26,327 nucleotides of DNA from an uncultured Rhodospirillaceae bacterium (GTDB lineage: Bacteria > Pseudomonadota > Alphaproteobacteria > Rhodospirillales > Magnetospirillaceae): positions 1 to 26,327 of the forward strand of contig CAZNZI010000018.1 in NCBI GenBank assembly GCA_964577475.1, given 5' to 3'. The notes under the pieces are model-generated. The model did no database searches. It was not told the origin of the DNA and was given only the letters and a program-made list of their open reading frames with translations. Below are positions 1 to 7,055 of this stretch, piece after piece. Positions within the stretch are counted from its first letter, which is position 1, and every line of letters begins with the position of its first letter. Position numbers and translations under genes: made by a program.

Positions 1-72
1 AATCGGCGGCGGACAGCGCGTTCACGGCCTCGCCGGCGCCTGCTACTTTCGGTAGAAATTCAGGGGGCAAAA

Positions 73-594
73 ATGCACATGACGAAGGTTGGGGCCGCTG
101 TTGCCGCGCTCGGTCTTATTGCGCTTGCCGGCTGCACGGTGCCCGCTGTACCGGAGGGGTATAAGGGACCGACAGCCTATGTCAGCGACACCTTCGCGTG
201 GGACGATTCGACGAGCGCCGATTTCTTCTATCTGGATGAGATTGACGGTCGCGCGATCGAGAACAGTCTTGGAAGAACCCGCCAGGCGAATTACGGCCAA
301 GGTTTCAATATGCGGCCACAAGTCATCGGACGTACCATTCCGGCTCAGCCCTGCAAAGTCAGACTTACCGGCCGCACCAATCATGCCGCGCCGATTCTCG
401 GCTTCCTGAATCGCGAATATAGCATCTCCGGGACAATCGCATTCACGCCGGAATCTGGCCATGCCTACACGGTTCACGGCGAGATGAACGAGCAGCATTC
501 CATCATCTGGTTGGCCGACGACGCGACGAATGCGGTGATCGACCATAAGATCGAGGTGCAAGGCGTGTCGTCGCTGGAGTTCTGGCAGAAATAG
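73..594 (+). CDS. Hypothetical lipoprotein (paralog 1 of a tandem pair), 173 aa
   Basis: N-terminal hydrophobic stretch ending in lipobox LAGC; purine-rich AGGGGG upstream; colinear similarity to the downstream ORF at 646-1137 (CTVPAVP, DFFYL..DGR, IGR..PAQ, H.YTV.G, W..DD). Confidence 0.75.
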   Translation: MHMTKVGAAVAALGLIALAGCTVPAVPEGYKGPTAYVSDTFAWDDSTSADFFYLDEIDGRAIENSLGRTRQANYGQGFNMRPQVIGRTIPAQPCKVRLTGRTNHAAPILGFLNREYSISGTIAFTPESGHAYTVHGEMNEQHSIIWLADDATNAVIDHKIEVQGVSSLEFWQK

Positions 595-645
595 CTGCAC
601 CGTTTGCTGTCAGCGCAGCACCAAGTTCGCAGAGGATGCCCGCGG

Positions 646-1137
646 ATGTCGTACCGGACTCTCGTCGCAATAAGTCTGCTTCTGGCCGGGCTGGCCGCCT
701 GTACGGTCCCGGCGGTGCCGACCAACTACATCGGTCCCGTAGCCCATGTCGATGATTCGTGGCTGGCGCATCCGCCATTCCGTGGCGATTTCTTCTATCT
801 GTCGAAGGTCGACGGCCGTTAGATCGATGACAGCGTCACCGCAACGGAAGGCGCAAACAACGGCATGGGACTGGAACTGGCCAACGTCAAGATTATCGGC
901 CGGGATGTGCCAGCCCAGCACGCGGCCTTCACCATCGTCGGCCAAACCCATTACGGCGCGCCGATCACCAACCTGATCAACAAGAAGCATCATATTACGG
1001 GCACCGTCGAATTCGCGCCGGCGGAGCATCATACCTACACCGTTCGAGGCGTGCTCAAAGAAGGCGCCTGCTCGGTTTGGATCGAGGACGATCAGGACCA
1101 CCAGCCGATCGGACAAAAGTTCGAGTCCCAGTGCTGA
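646..1137 (+). pseudogene. Lipoprotein paralog 2, interrupted by an in-frame TAG at 820-822 (163 codons if read through)
   Basis: ATG 646 with AGAGGA at 631-636 and lipobox LAAC. ORF-track pieces 604..822 and 865..1137 share a frame, and the translation across the TAG aligns with paralog 1 on both sides (YLDEIDGRAIENS vs YLSKVDGR*IDDS). Confidence 0.75.
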
Positions 1138-1205
1138 CAAGTCAGGTAAACGGTGCCTTTTGATCAACACCGGTGGGCGCGTTCCCACCTGTCATACCCC
1201 TGCCG

Positions 1206-1235
1206 TTGCGCCCGCGGGCGGCTTGCCGCTATTGT
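1206..1235 (+). promoter_or_regulatory. Possible sigma70-type promoter for the MetE-like gene
   Basis: TTGCGC-N18-TATTGT, ending 44 nt before the GTG start; motif match only. Confidence 0.3.
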
Positions 1236-1279
1236 AACCGTGGAAACGACAACAACGTCCAAACCAGGGGAGGACGACC

Positions 1280-2476
1280 GTGAAACTCAGCACTGATCGC
1301 ATCTTGACGACGCATACCGGCAGTCTGCCGCGCTCCAAGAAGCTGTCCACCTTGCTGGTGCGCCGCGACAACGAGAAGCGCATCAACACCACCGCGTTGA
1401 AGAACGAGATCAAGAAGAACCTCGACTCGGTGATCAAGCTGCAGGCCAAGTACGGCGTCGATGTCGGCAATGACGGCGAGACGCCGCGCGTCGGCTTCTC
1501 CACCTACACCATGGAACGCATGGTCAAGGGCTTCGGCGGCTACTCCCAGCGCAAGCCCGCACTCGACATGGTGAAGTTCCCCAAATACGCCGACTTCTTC
1601 AAACGCCAGATCGGCCAGTCGGAAGAGCTCGCGCGCGTGTGGAACGCGCCGCAGGCGATCGGCGAGATCGGATACGATCCCAAGCTGGAAGACGCCAAGT
1701 TTGAATCCGACGCCTTCAAATCCGCGCTGAAGCGCACCAAGGTGAAGTTCGCCGACACGTTCATGTCGGCGGCGACCCCCGGCATCATGTCGGTGACGAT
1801 GCTGCGTTCGCCCAAGAACAAGGTCTACAAGGACGACGAGGCCTATGTGATGGCCTTGGCGCGCGAGATGAAGAAGGAATATGAATACGTCGTCTCGCAG
1901 GGCTATGTGCTGCAGCTCGACGCGCCCGATCTCGCCATGGAGCGCGTGATCCATTTCGGCGACAAGCCGCTGAAGGTCTTCCTCGACCGCGTGGCGCTGC
2001 ACATCGAAGCGATCAATGTCGCCATTGCCGACATCCCGCCGGAAAAGGTGCGCCTGCATGTGTGCTGGGGCAACTGGAACGGCCCGCACCAGGACGACGT
2101 GCCGGCCGAGACCCTGCTGCCGCTGCTGCTGAAGGCCAAGGTGGGCGGGCTGTCGATCCCGCTCGGCAACCCGCGCCACGAGCATGAGACCGGCGTGTTC
2201 AAGGCGATCCCGAAGGACATGGTATTTATCCCGGGCGTGATCGACGTGACCACCAATTACCTCGAACATCCGCAAGTGGTGGCCAACCGCCTGATCGAAG
2301 CCGTGAAGGTGATCGGGGATCGCGAGCGCGTGCTGGGCGGCACCGATTGCGGCTTCGGCACCTTCGCCAGCTACGAGTTCATCGGCGAAGACATCGTGTG
2401 GGCCAAGCTGGCTGCGCTGCGCGACGGCGCGAAGCTCGCCAGCGACACGCTGTGGGGCCGCAAGAAGGCCGCTTGA
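1280..2476 (+). CDS. Cobalamin-independent methionine synthase II family protein (single catalytic-barrel, MetE C-terminal-like / thiol-alkylating Zn enzyme), 398 aa
   Basis: N-terminal RILTTHTGSLPR, QLDAPDL, HVCWGN (His-x-Cys Zn motif), PGVID and C-terminal TDCGF; SD GGGAGGA before GTG. About half the length of a two-barrel MetE, so not labelled metE. Confidence 0.85.
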   Translation: MKLSTDRILTTHTGSLPRSKKLSTLLVRRDNEKRINTTALKNEIKKNLDSVIKLQAKYGVDVGNDGETPRVGFSTYTMERMVKGFGGYSQRKPALDMVKFPKYADFFKRQIGQSEELARVWNAPQAIGEIGYDPKLEDAKFESDAFKSALKRTKVKFADTFMSAATPGIMSVTMLRSPKNKVYKDDEAYVMALAREMKKEYEYVVSQGYVLQLDAPDLAMERVIHFGDKPLKVFLDRVALHIEAINVAIADIPPEKVRLHVCWGNWNGPHQDDVPAETLLPLLLKAKVGGLSIPLGNPRHEHETGVFKAIPKDMVFIPGVIDVTTNYLEHPQVVANRLIEAVKVIGDRERVLGGTDCGFGTFASYEFIGEDIVWAKLAALRDGAKLASDTLWGRKKAA

Positions 2477-2487
2477 GTCAACGAGCT

Positions 2488-2607
2488 GTTATTGCGAGGA
2501 GATGAAATCGGCGAAGCAATCCAGAATTTTCGCACAGCCCTGGATTGCTTCGTGGAGCCTGTCCTCGGGCCGGCCTTCGGCCGGACCCGGGGGGGGCTCG
2601 CAATGAC
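2488..2607. repeat. REP-like palindromic element (GTYATTGCGAG...CTCGCAATGAC type) with an extra hairpin cassette in the right arm
   Basis: Outer arms gttattgcgag 2488-2498 / ctcgcaatgac 2597-2607 (1 mismatch); perfect inner arms cgaagcaatccag 2512-2524 / ctggattgcttcg 2540-2552; sits between convergent genes. Confidence 0.8.
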
Positions 2608-2615
2608 GACATAGT

Positions 2616-3434
2616 TTAAGGCTTCGCAGCCTTGGTCAAACCGGCGTCGTCCTGCGGCGCCGGTTTTTCTTTGTCTGCGTGATTGGCCTTTGGAACCGCC
2701 TCGCTATGCATGGCGAGAATCTGGCGTGCCACCGCATGGGCCAGGAGCGCGTAACCGCCATCGGTCATATGCAGCCCGTCGGTATACATCATCGTCGTTT
2801 CGGTCAGCGCGCCGCGGTCGAGCCAGTTCTGCATCAAGTCCCAACGCTTGATGACGGGCACGTCGAACTCGGCGCCGATCGCACGCACGGCATCGCGATA
2901 GCGCATCGAACCCGGAATGGCGCGCAATACGGCGCAGTCCTGCGGTTCCATCAGGATCGCCGCGATATGGGCCTCCTGCATCGCGTGGAGCCCCATGCGC
3001 GTCTTGGTGACGAAGCGCTTGAGCGGCACCTGGCGGATCGGGTCGTTGGTGCCGGTCTGCCACACGATCATGTCGGGTTTTTCCGCGATGATGCCGGGCA
3101 GGCGCTTCATCATGTCGTCGACATCTTCGCCGCCGATGCCGCGGTTGATGACCGTCACGGCCGTCGGCGCGAGTGCGCTGCGCAATTCGGTCTGCATGCG
3201 ATTGGGATAGGCCGCGGCCGGCGAACTGGCCCCCACGCCCTCGGTCGAGGACGAGCCGAAGGCGATGATGACCAGCTTCGGCGCCCCGTGACCCGCAGGC
3301 TGGGCCGTGGAGGACGTTGCGGTGGCGGTGTCGCCGGACGACCGCGCGCCAGCTGGCGGGGCTATCATCAGACCTAGGAGTGCTGCAAGGACGAGGACCC
3401 CGAATGAACGGGTTCGGCGGGATGCGGCGACCAT
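2616..3434 (-). CDS. Exported SGNH/GDSL-family esterase/acyltransferase, about 272 aa
   Basis: Signal-peptide-like MVAASRRTRSFGVLVLAALLGLMIAPPAGA; blocks AFGSSSTEG, NRGIGG, QTGTND, DGLH. Start chosen at ATG 3434 (alternative 3368); the longer ORF-track extension to 3929 overlaps opgC in another frame. Confidence 0.8.
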   Translation of the reverse strand: MVAASRRTRSFGVLVLAALLGLMIAPPAGARSSGDTATATSSTAQPAGHGAPKLVIIAFGSSSTEGVGASSPAAAYPNRMQTELRSALAPTAVTVINRGIGGEDVDDMMKRLPGIIAEKPDMIVWQTGTNDPIRQVPLKRFVTKTRMGLHAMQEAHIAAILMEPQDCAVLRAIPGSMRYRDAVRAIGAEFDVPVIKRWDLMQNWLDRGALTETTMMYTDGLHMTDGGYALLAHAVARQILAMHSEAVPKANHADKEKPAPQDDAGLTKAAKP

Positions 3435-4621
3435 GAAGCGTTCTGTTCCACACCCGCGGCGGCGGCGCAAGAATCCGGCTGTGACAAATGGCCGGGAACC
3501 GCTTCGGGTCCTGCCACATTTGGGGTCAGTGGTTTGTTTCGTCTCGTCTTTCTCTGCCGGACCTCGAGCGCCACGCCGAGACCCATCAGCGCACCGAGGC
3601 CGACCAGATTGACGATGACCTGGGTCGGCCACCCGCGCCCGAAGCTGGTGAGGACCAGACTGCCCGCCACCGCCAGCAGTGTGCCGAGCGAAAACACCTC
3701 CAGCGAATGACGCCCGCAGGCATCGATCCAGGACAGGAACCGGGACCGGGTCAGCGTCGTGAACCGGCTCGAACTGAGCGCCAGATAGAGCAGCGCCAGA
3801 ATGTCGAGGACGCGCAAGACCGAGAGGTGCTGCTTGTCGGCCGTCACCAGGAACGGCCGGTATTCCGAGAGACCCCAACCATACCAGGGCGCCAGCGCCA
3901 GCAAGGCAAAGCCGAGATAGATCCAGCACAGCGCCGCAAGCCAGGTGCGATAGGGCAGCGACCCCTGGCCCGCCGCCATCACCCGGTAGCCGGCGGCCCC
4001 CAGCACGAAGATGAACTGCCAGGCGAAGGGATCGAAGAACCAGCCCTGGCCGTCCATGTGGTTGGTGAGATTGACGGTGTGATCGAGATTGGCGGCCAGC
4101 CAGATCCCCGCCGAGGCCAGGATCGTCACCAGCATGTTCCAGCGCATGGCGAGATAGACCAGCGGAAACAGGCCGAACAGCACGATATAGAGCGGCAGGA
4201 TGTCGAGCTTGGCCGGCAGTGTGCCCAGCGTGAGCCCATGCTTCACCACATGGGCACCGCCATGCATGAATGGGATCAATTCGGGGATCAGCACGTAGTA
4301 GTGCTCTTTCCAGGCGGCGATCAGGATATAGGTCGCGACCAGAAGCCCGGCCTGAAAGAGATAGATGCGCAGGCAGCGCGCGCCCACGCGCATCAGCCCG
4401 GCGCGCGCACCCTGACTGTCGAAGATGCGCCCATAGGCGGCCATCGACGAGAAGCCAGACAGGATCACGAAAATCTCGGCCGCATCCGACAGGCCGAACA
4501 TATGCAGCGTGGTGTAGCCGAGGATATTGCCCTGGACGTGATCGATGAAGATCATCAACAGGGCGAGCCCACGCAGAACATCGACGCGCGAATCTCGATG
4601 CGACCGCCGTTCACTTCGCAC
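3374..4621 (-). CDS. opgC: OpgC-domain membrane acyltransferase (acyltransferase-3 superfamily), 415 aa
   Basis: N-terminal RDSRVDVLRGLALLMIFIDH, SDAAEIFVILSG, LDILPLY, FFDPFAWQ, GRHSLEVF; many hydrophobic segments; SD AGGAG before GTG. Confidence 0.8.
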   Translation of the reverse strand: MRSERRSHRDSRVDVLRGLALLMIFIDHVQGNILGYTTLHMFGLSDAAEIFVILSGFSSMAAYGRIFDSQGARAGLMRVGARCLRIYLFQAGLLVATYILIAAWKEHYYVLIPELIPFMHGGAHVVKHGLTLGTLPAKLDILPLYIVLFGLFPLVYLAMRWNMLVTILASAGIWLAANLDHTVNLTNHMDGQGWFFDPFAWQFIFVLGAAGYRVMAAGQGSLPYRTWLAALCWIYLGFALLALAPWYGWGLSEYRPFLVTADKQHLSVLRVLDILALLYLALSSSRFTTLTRSRFLSWIDACGRHSLEVFSLGTLLAVAGSLVLTSFGRGWPTQVIVNLVGLGALMGLGVALEVRQRKTRRNKPLTPNVAGPEAVPGHLSQPDSCAAAAGVEQNASWSPHPAEPVHSGSSSLQHS

Positions 4622-4892
4622 GACAGGCCTCTCCTCATCCTGTCCGCACCCCTGGCGCAGAAGATGGAGGGAGTCGGGTTGCCTTTGCTATCGGGAAGGC
4701 GGAAGATCACCTGTTGGTCACAACGAGACGGGCAGCCCGGCGGGAACCTTCGTTCCCAGTGATTCCGGGTCGCGGATGTGCGTCGGTCCGATCGAGACTT
4801 TGAAACCACGCAGGCCGCGTGCTTCCACAAACGATGTCGGGACGATGACATGCGCGATTCGGCATGAGGAAGTCGCCGCCACGCACTCAATG

Positions 4893-4981
4893 CGTCACCC
4901 CCGCGGAGGCGGGGGTCCAGGGCCACACGAAAATCGGCGGTTGGGAAACGGCCCTGGACTCCCGCCTTCGCGGGAGTGACG
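4893..4981. repeat. REP-like doublet (CGTCAYCCCCGCG-AGGCGGG type), no insert
   Basis: 32-nt inverted arms 4893-4924 and 4950-4981, 29/32 complementary; each arm is itself a hairpin; 5 nt downstream of the metY-fusion stop. Confidence 0.85.
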
Positions 4982-4986
4982 AAAAG

Positions 4987-6798
4987 TTAGACCAGCGCCA
5001 GCGCCTGATCCAAATCCGCGATGATGTCGTCGGCACTCTCGATGCCGATCGAGAGGCGGATCACATCATCACCGGCACCCGCCGCCACCCGCTGTTCGTC
5101 GGAAAGCTGGCGATGCGTGGTGGATGCGGGATGCAGGATCAGGCTGCGCGTATCGCCGATATTCGCAAGGTGCGAAAAGAGCTTCACGCCCTCGACGATC
5201 TTCACACCGGCCGCGAAGCCGCCTTTCACGCCGAAGGTGAACACGGCGCCCGCACCCTTGGGCAGGTACTTCTTGGCCAGCGCATTGAAGCGATTGGCCG
5301 GCAGGCCTGCATAGGAGACCCAGGCCACCGCCGGATGCTGCTCGAGGTATTCCGCAACCTTCGCCGCATTGGCGATGTGGCGGTCCATCCGCACGGCCAG
5401 GGTCTCGATACCGGTGATGGTGAGGAACGCATTGAGCGGCGCCATCGACGGACCGAAATCGCGCAGCGCCACCGCGCGCGCCTTGGTGGTGAAGGCGAAG
5501 TCGCCGAAGTTTTCGAAGAAGCGCAACCCGTGATAGGCGGGCTCGGGCTCGGTCATCGACGGGAACTTGCCCGAGGCCGCCCAGTCGAACTTGCCCGACT
5601 CGACGATGATGCCGCCCAGCGAATTGCCGTGGCCGGACAGGAATTTCGTAGTCGAGTGCACGACCAGATCAGCGCCCCATTCGAAGGGCCGGCAGAGATA
5701 GGGCGTCGCCAACGTGTTGTCGACCACCAGCGGCACGCCGAAATCATGCGCCACTTTGGCGACCGCTTCGATATCGACCACCACGCCGCCGGGATTGGCC
5801 AGGCTTTCGATGAAGATTGCCTTGCAGCGCTCAGTCATCGCGCGGCGGAAATTCTCGGGATCGGTCGGATCGACGAAATGGCAGGTCCAGCCCAGCTTCT
5901 TGAAGGAGAGGCCGAACTGGGTCAGCGAACCGCCATAGAGATTGCGCGAGGCGACGAACTCGTCGCCGGGGCTCAGCATCGTGAAGAAGGCAAGGAACTG
6001 GGCGGCATGGCCCGAGGCGGCGGCACAACTCGCGCGCCCGCCTTCGAGTGCCGCCACGCGCTCTTCGAGCACGGCCACGGTCGGGTTGCCCAGCCGTGTG
6101 TAGATATAGCCGAAGTCGTGCAGGTTGAAGAGCGAGGCCGCGTCGTCGACATCGTCGAACACATAGGACGTCGTCTGATAGATCGGCGTGGTACGGGCAC
6201 CCGTGGTCGGATCGGGCTGCGCGCCCGCATGCACGGCCTTGGTCTCGAAATTGTAGACGGTGTTAGGCTGCGCGCTGAGCTTCGGTGTCTGCGTCCTGAC
6301 CGAATCGGTCGGCAATTGCGCCGGCTTGTTGCGGATGATACCCGAGTTGACGCCGCTCCAGGAAAGCTCGCCGCCCAGGCGGCCGAACTCGATCTTGGGG
6401 CAGCGGTTCATCACCACTTCAAGCCCAGCCGCTTCCGCCTTGGCCGCGGCTTGGTCGTGGCGGACACCCAACTGCATCCACACCACACCAGCGCCGATCG
6501 CGATCGCGTCGTCGACGATCGGCGGCGCATATTCCGAGGCACGGAACACCTGGACCATGTCCACCTTGTCGGGGATATCCTTGAGGGTGGCATAGACCTT
6601 CTCGCCCAGCAGATCCTGGCCCGCGAGACCGGGATTGACCGGGATGACGCGGAAGCCCTTCGACTGGAGATACTTCATCACGAAGTAGCTGGGCCGGTTC
6701 CAGTTGGCGGAAGTGCCGACCATGGCGATGGTTTTCACGGTGCCAAGGATGCGGATCAGCTTGGCGTCGGGGTAGTTCAGGGGCGATTGGTCTGTCAT
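4987..6798 (-). CDS. metY: Fusion of an N-terminal CoA-binding (YccU-like) domain and O-acetylhomoserine aminocarboxypropyltransferase/sulfhydrylase (MetY-like), 603 aa
   Basis: N-domain: KTIAMVGTSANWNRPSYFVMKYL, IPVNPG, VDMVQVFR, VWMQLGV, VVMNRCPKIE. C-domain: FETKAVHAG, PIYQTTSY, YIYTRLGNPT, DNTLATPYL, PLP-lysine motif HSTTKFLSGHG, HLANIGD, IHPASTTHRQL, IRLSIGIE. One open frame; start assigned to ATG 6798. Confidence 0.9.
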   Translation of the reverse strand: MTDQSPLNYPDAKLIRILGTVKTIAMVGTSANWNRPSYFVMKYLQSKGFRVIPVNPGLAGQDLLGEKVYATLKDIPDKVDMVQVFRASEYAPPIVDDAIAIGAGVVWMQLGVRHDQAAAKAEAAGLEVVMNRCPKIEFGRLGGELSWSGVNSGIIRNKPAQLPTDSVRTQTPKLSAQPNTVYNFETKAVHAGAQPDPTTGARTTPIYQTTSYVFDDVDDAASLFNLHDFGYIYTRLGNPTVAVLEERVAALEGGRASCAAASGHAAQFLAFFTMLSPGDEFVASRNLYGGSLTQFGLSFKKLGWTCHFVDPTDPENFRRAMTERCKAIFIESLANPGGVVVDIEAVAKVAHDFGVPLVVDNTLATPYLCRPFEWGADLVVHSTTKFLSGHGNSLGGIIVESGKFDWAASGKFPSMTEPEPAYHGLRFFENFGDFAFTTKARAVALRDFGPSMAPLNAFLTITGIETLAVRMDRHIANAAKVAEYLEQHPAVAWVSYAGLPANRFNALAKKYLPKGAGAVFTFGVKGGFAAGVKIVEGVKLFSHLANIGDTRSLILHPASTTHRQLSDEQRVAAGAGDDVIRLSIGIESADDIIADLDQALALV

Positions 6799-6805
6799 GG
6801 TGGGG

Positions 6806-6833
6806 AGTGTAGGCGCGCGGGATGAGGGGTCAA
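6806..6833 (-). promoter_or_regulatory. Sigma70-type promoter placed for a leaderless metY-fusion mRNA
   Basis: TTGACC (6833-6828)-N16-TACACT (6811-6806), then 7 nt to ATG 6798; no SD (CCCCACC precedes ATG). Confidence 0.6.
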
Positions 6834-6855
6834 GGACGGAGGCCCGTGCGACACC

Positions 6856-7007
6856 CCCCTCACCCACCGACGCCTTTCAAACGTCCGCAGGACGTTTGAT
6901 ACCAACGCCCCAGTGGGACGTTGGTCGGCGGTCGGTCCTCTCCCGCAAGGGGAGAGGGCTTAAGAGCACGTCCCCTCTCCCCTTGCGGGAGAGGGTTGGG
7001 TGAGGGG
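6856..7007. repeat. REP-like doublet (CCCCTCACCC..CCTCTCCCGCAAGGGGAGAGGG type) carrying a 71-nt branched-hairpin insert
   Basis: Core arms identical to the element at 26155-26241; insert 6866-6936 replaces the 3-nt AAC seen in that copy. Confidence 0.85.
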
Positions 7008-7026
7008 TTAGCGGCACAATGCAGGC

Positions 7027-7055
7027 ATGACGCAGATAATCGGTTCGCGTAAAAT
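7027..7055 (+). promoter_or_regulatory. Sigma70-type promoter placed for a leaderless pncA mRNA
   Basis: ATGACG (7027-7032)-N17-TAAAAT (7050-7055)-N6-ATG 7062; no SD. Confidence 0.6.

Noticed and set aside
1-72. Possible gene fragment at the left edge (minus strand reads AGEAVNALSAAD; plus frame 1 is open into the lipoprotein)
   Set aside because: Too short to assign strand or product; needs upstream sequence.
592-822. Amber recoding or pyrrolysine readthrough joining both lipoproteins into one protein
   Set aside because: TAG is the normal stop of several clearly complete genes in this window, paralog 2 has its own SD and signal peptide, and a shared frame has a 1-in-3 chance.
1135-1194. 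Small multi-stem structure upstream of the MetE-like gene as a cobalamin or SAM riboswitch
   Set aside because: Short stems exist (cggtg/caccg, ggtggg/cccacc), but I see no B12-box, SAM-II or SAH consensus, and the region lies upstream of the likely promoter. An Rfam/Infernal scan would settle it.
3435-3929. N-terminal extension of the 437-aa SGNH ORF in the track
   Set aside because: It overlaps opgC in another frame and is not domain-like; a good signal peptide begins at 3434.
4742-4757. GGGAAC-CTTC-GTTCCC palindrome upstream of opgC as an EcfG promoter or operator
   Set aside because: The GGAAC to GTT spacing does not fit the EcfG consensus on either strand; a 6-bp stem is common in GC-rich DNA.
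4864-6825. Long antisense ORFs (653 aa here; also 9541-10962, 14416-15828, 16606-17970, 21052-22383, 22329-23540, 24585-26099 and others)
   Set aside because: They are shadows of real genes on the opposite strand or in another frame, expected from GC-rich codon bias; the translations are Arg/Gly/His-rich with no motifs.
6856-7007. Repeats interpreted as CRISPR arrays or IS ends
   Set aside because: No regularly spaced direct repeats with unique spacers, no cas or transposase gene, and no target-site duplications.
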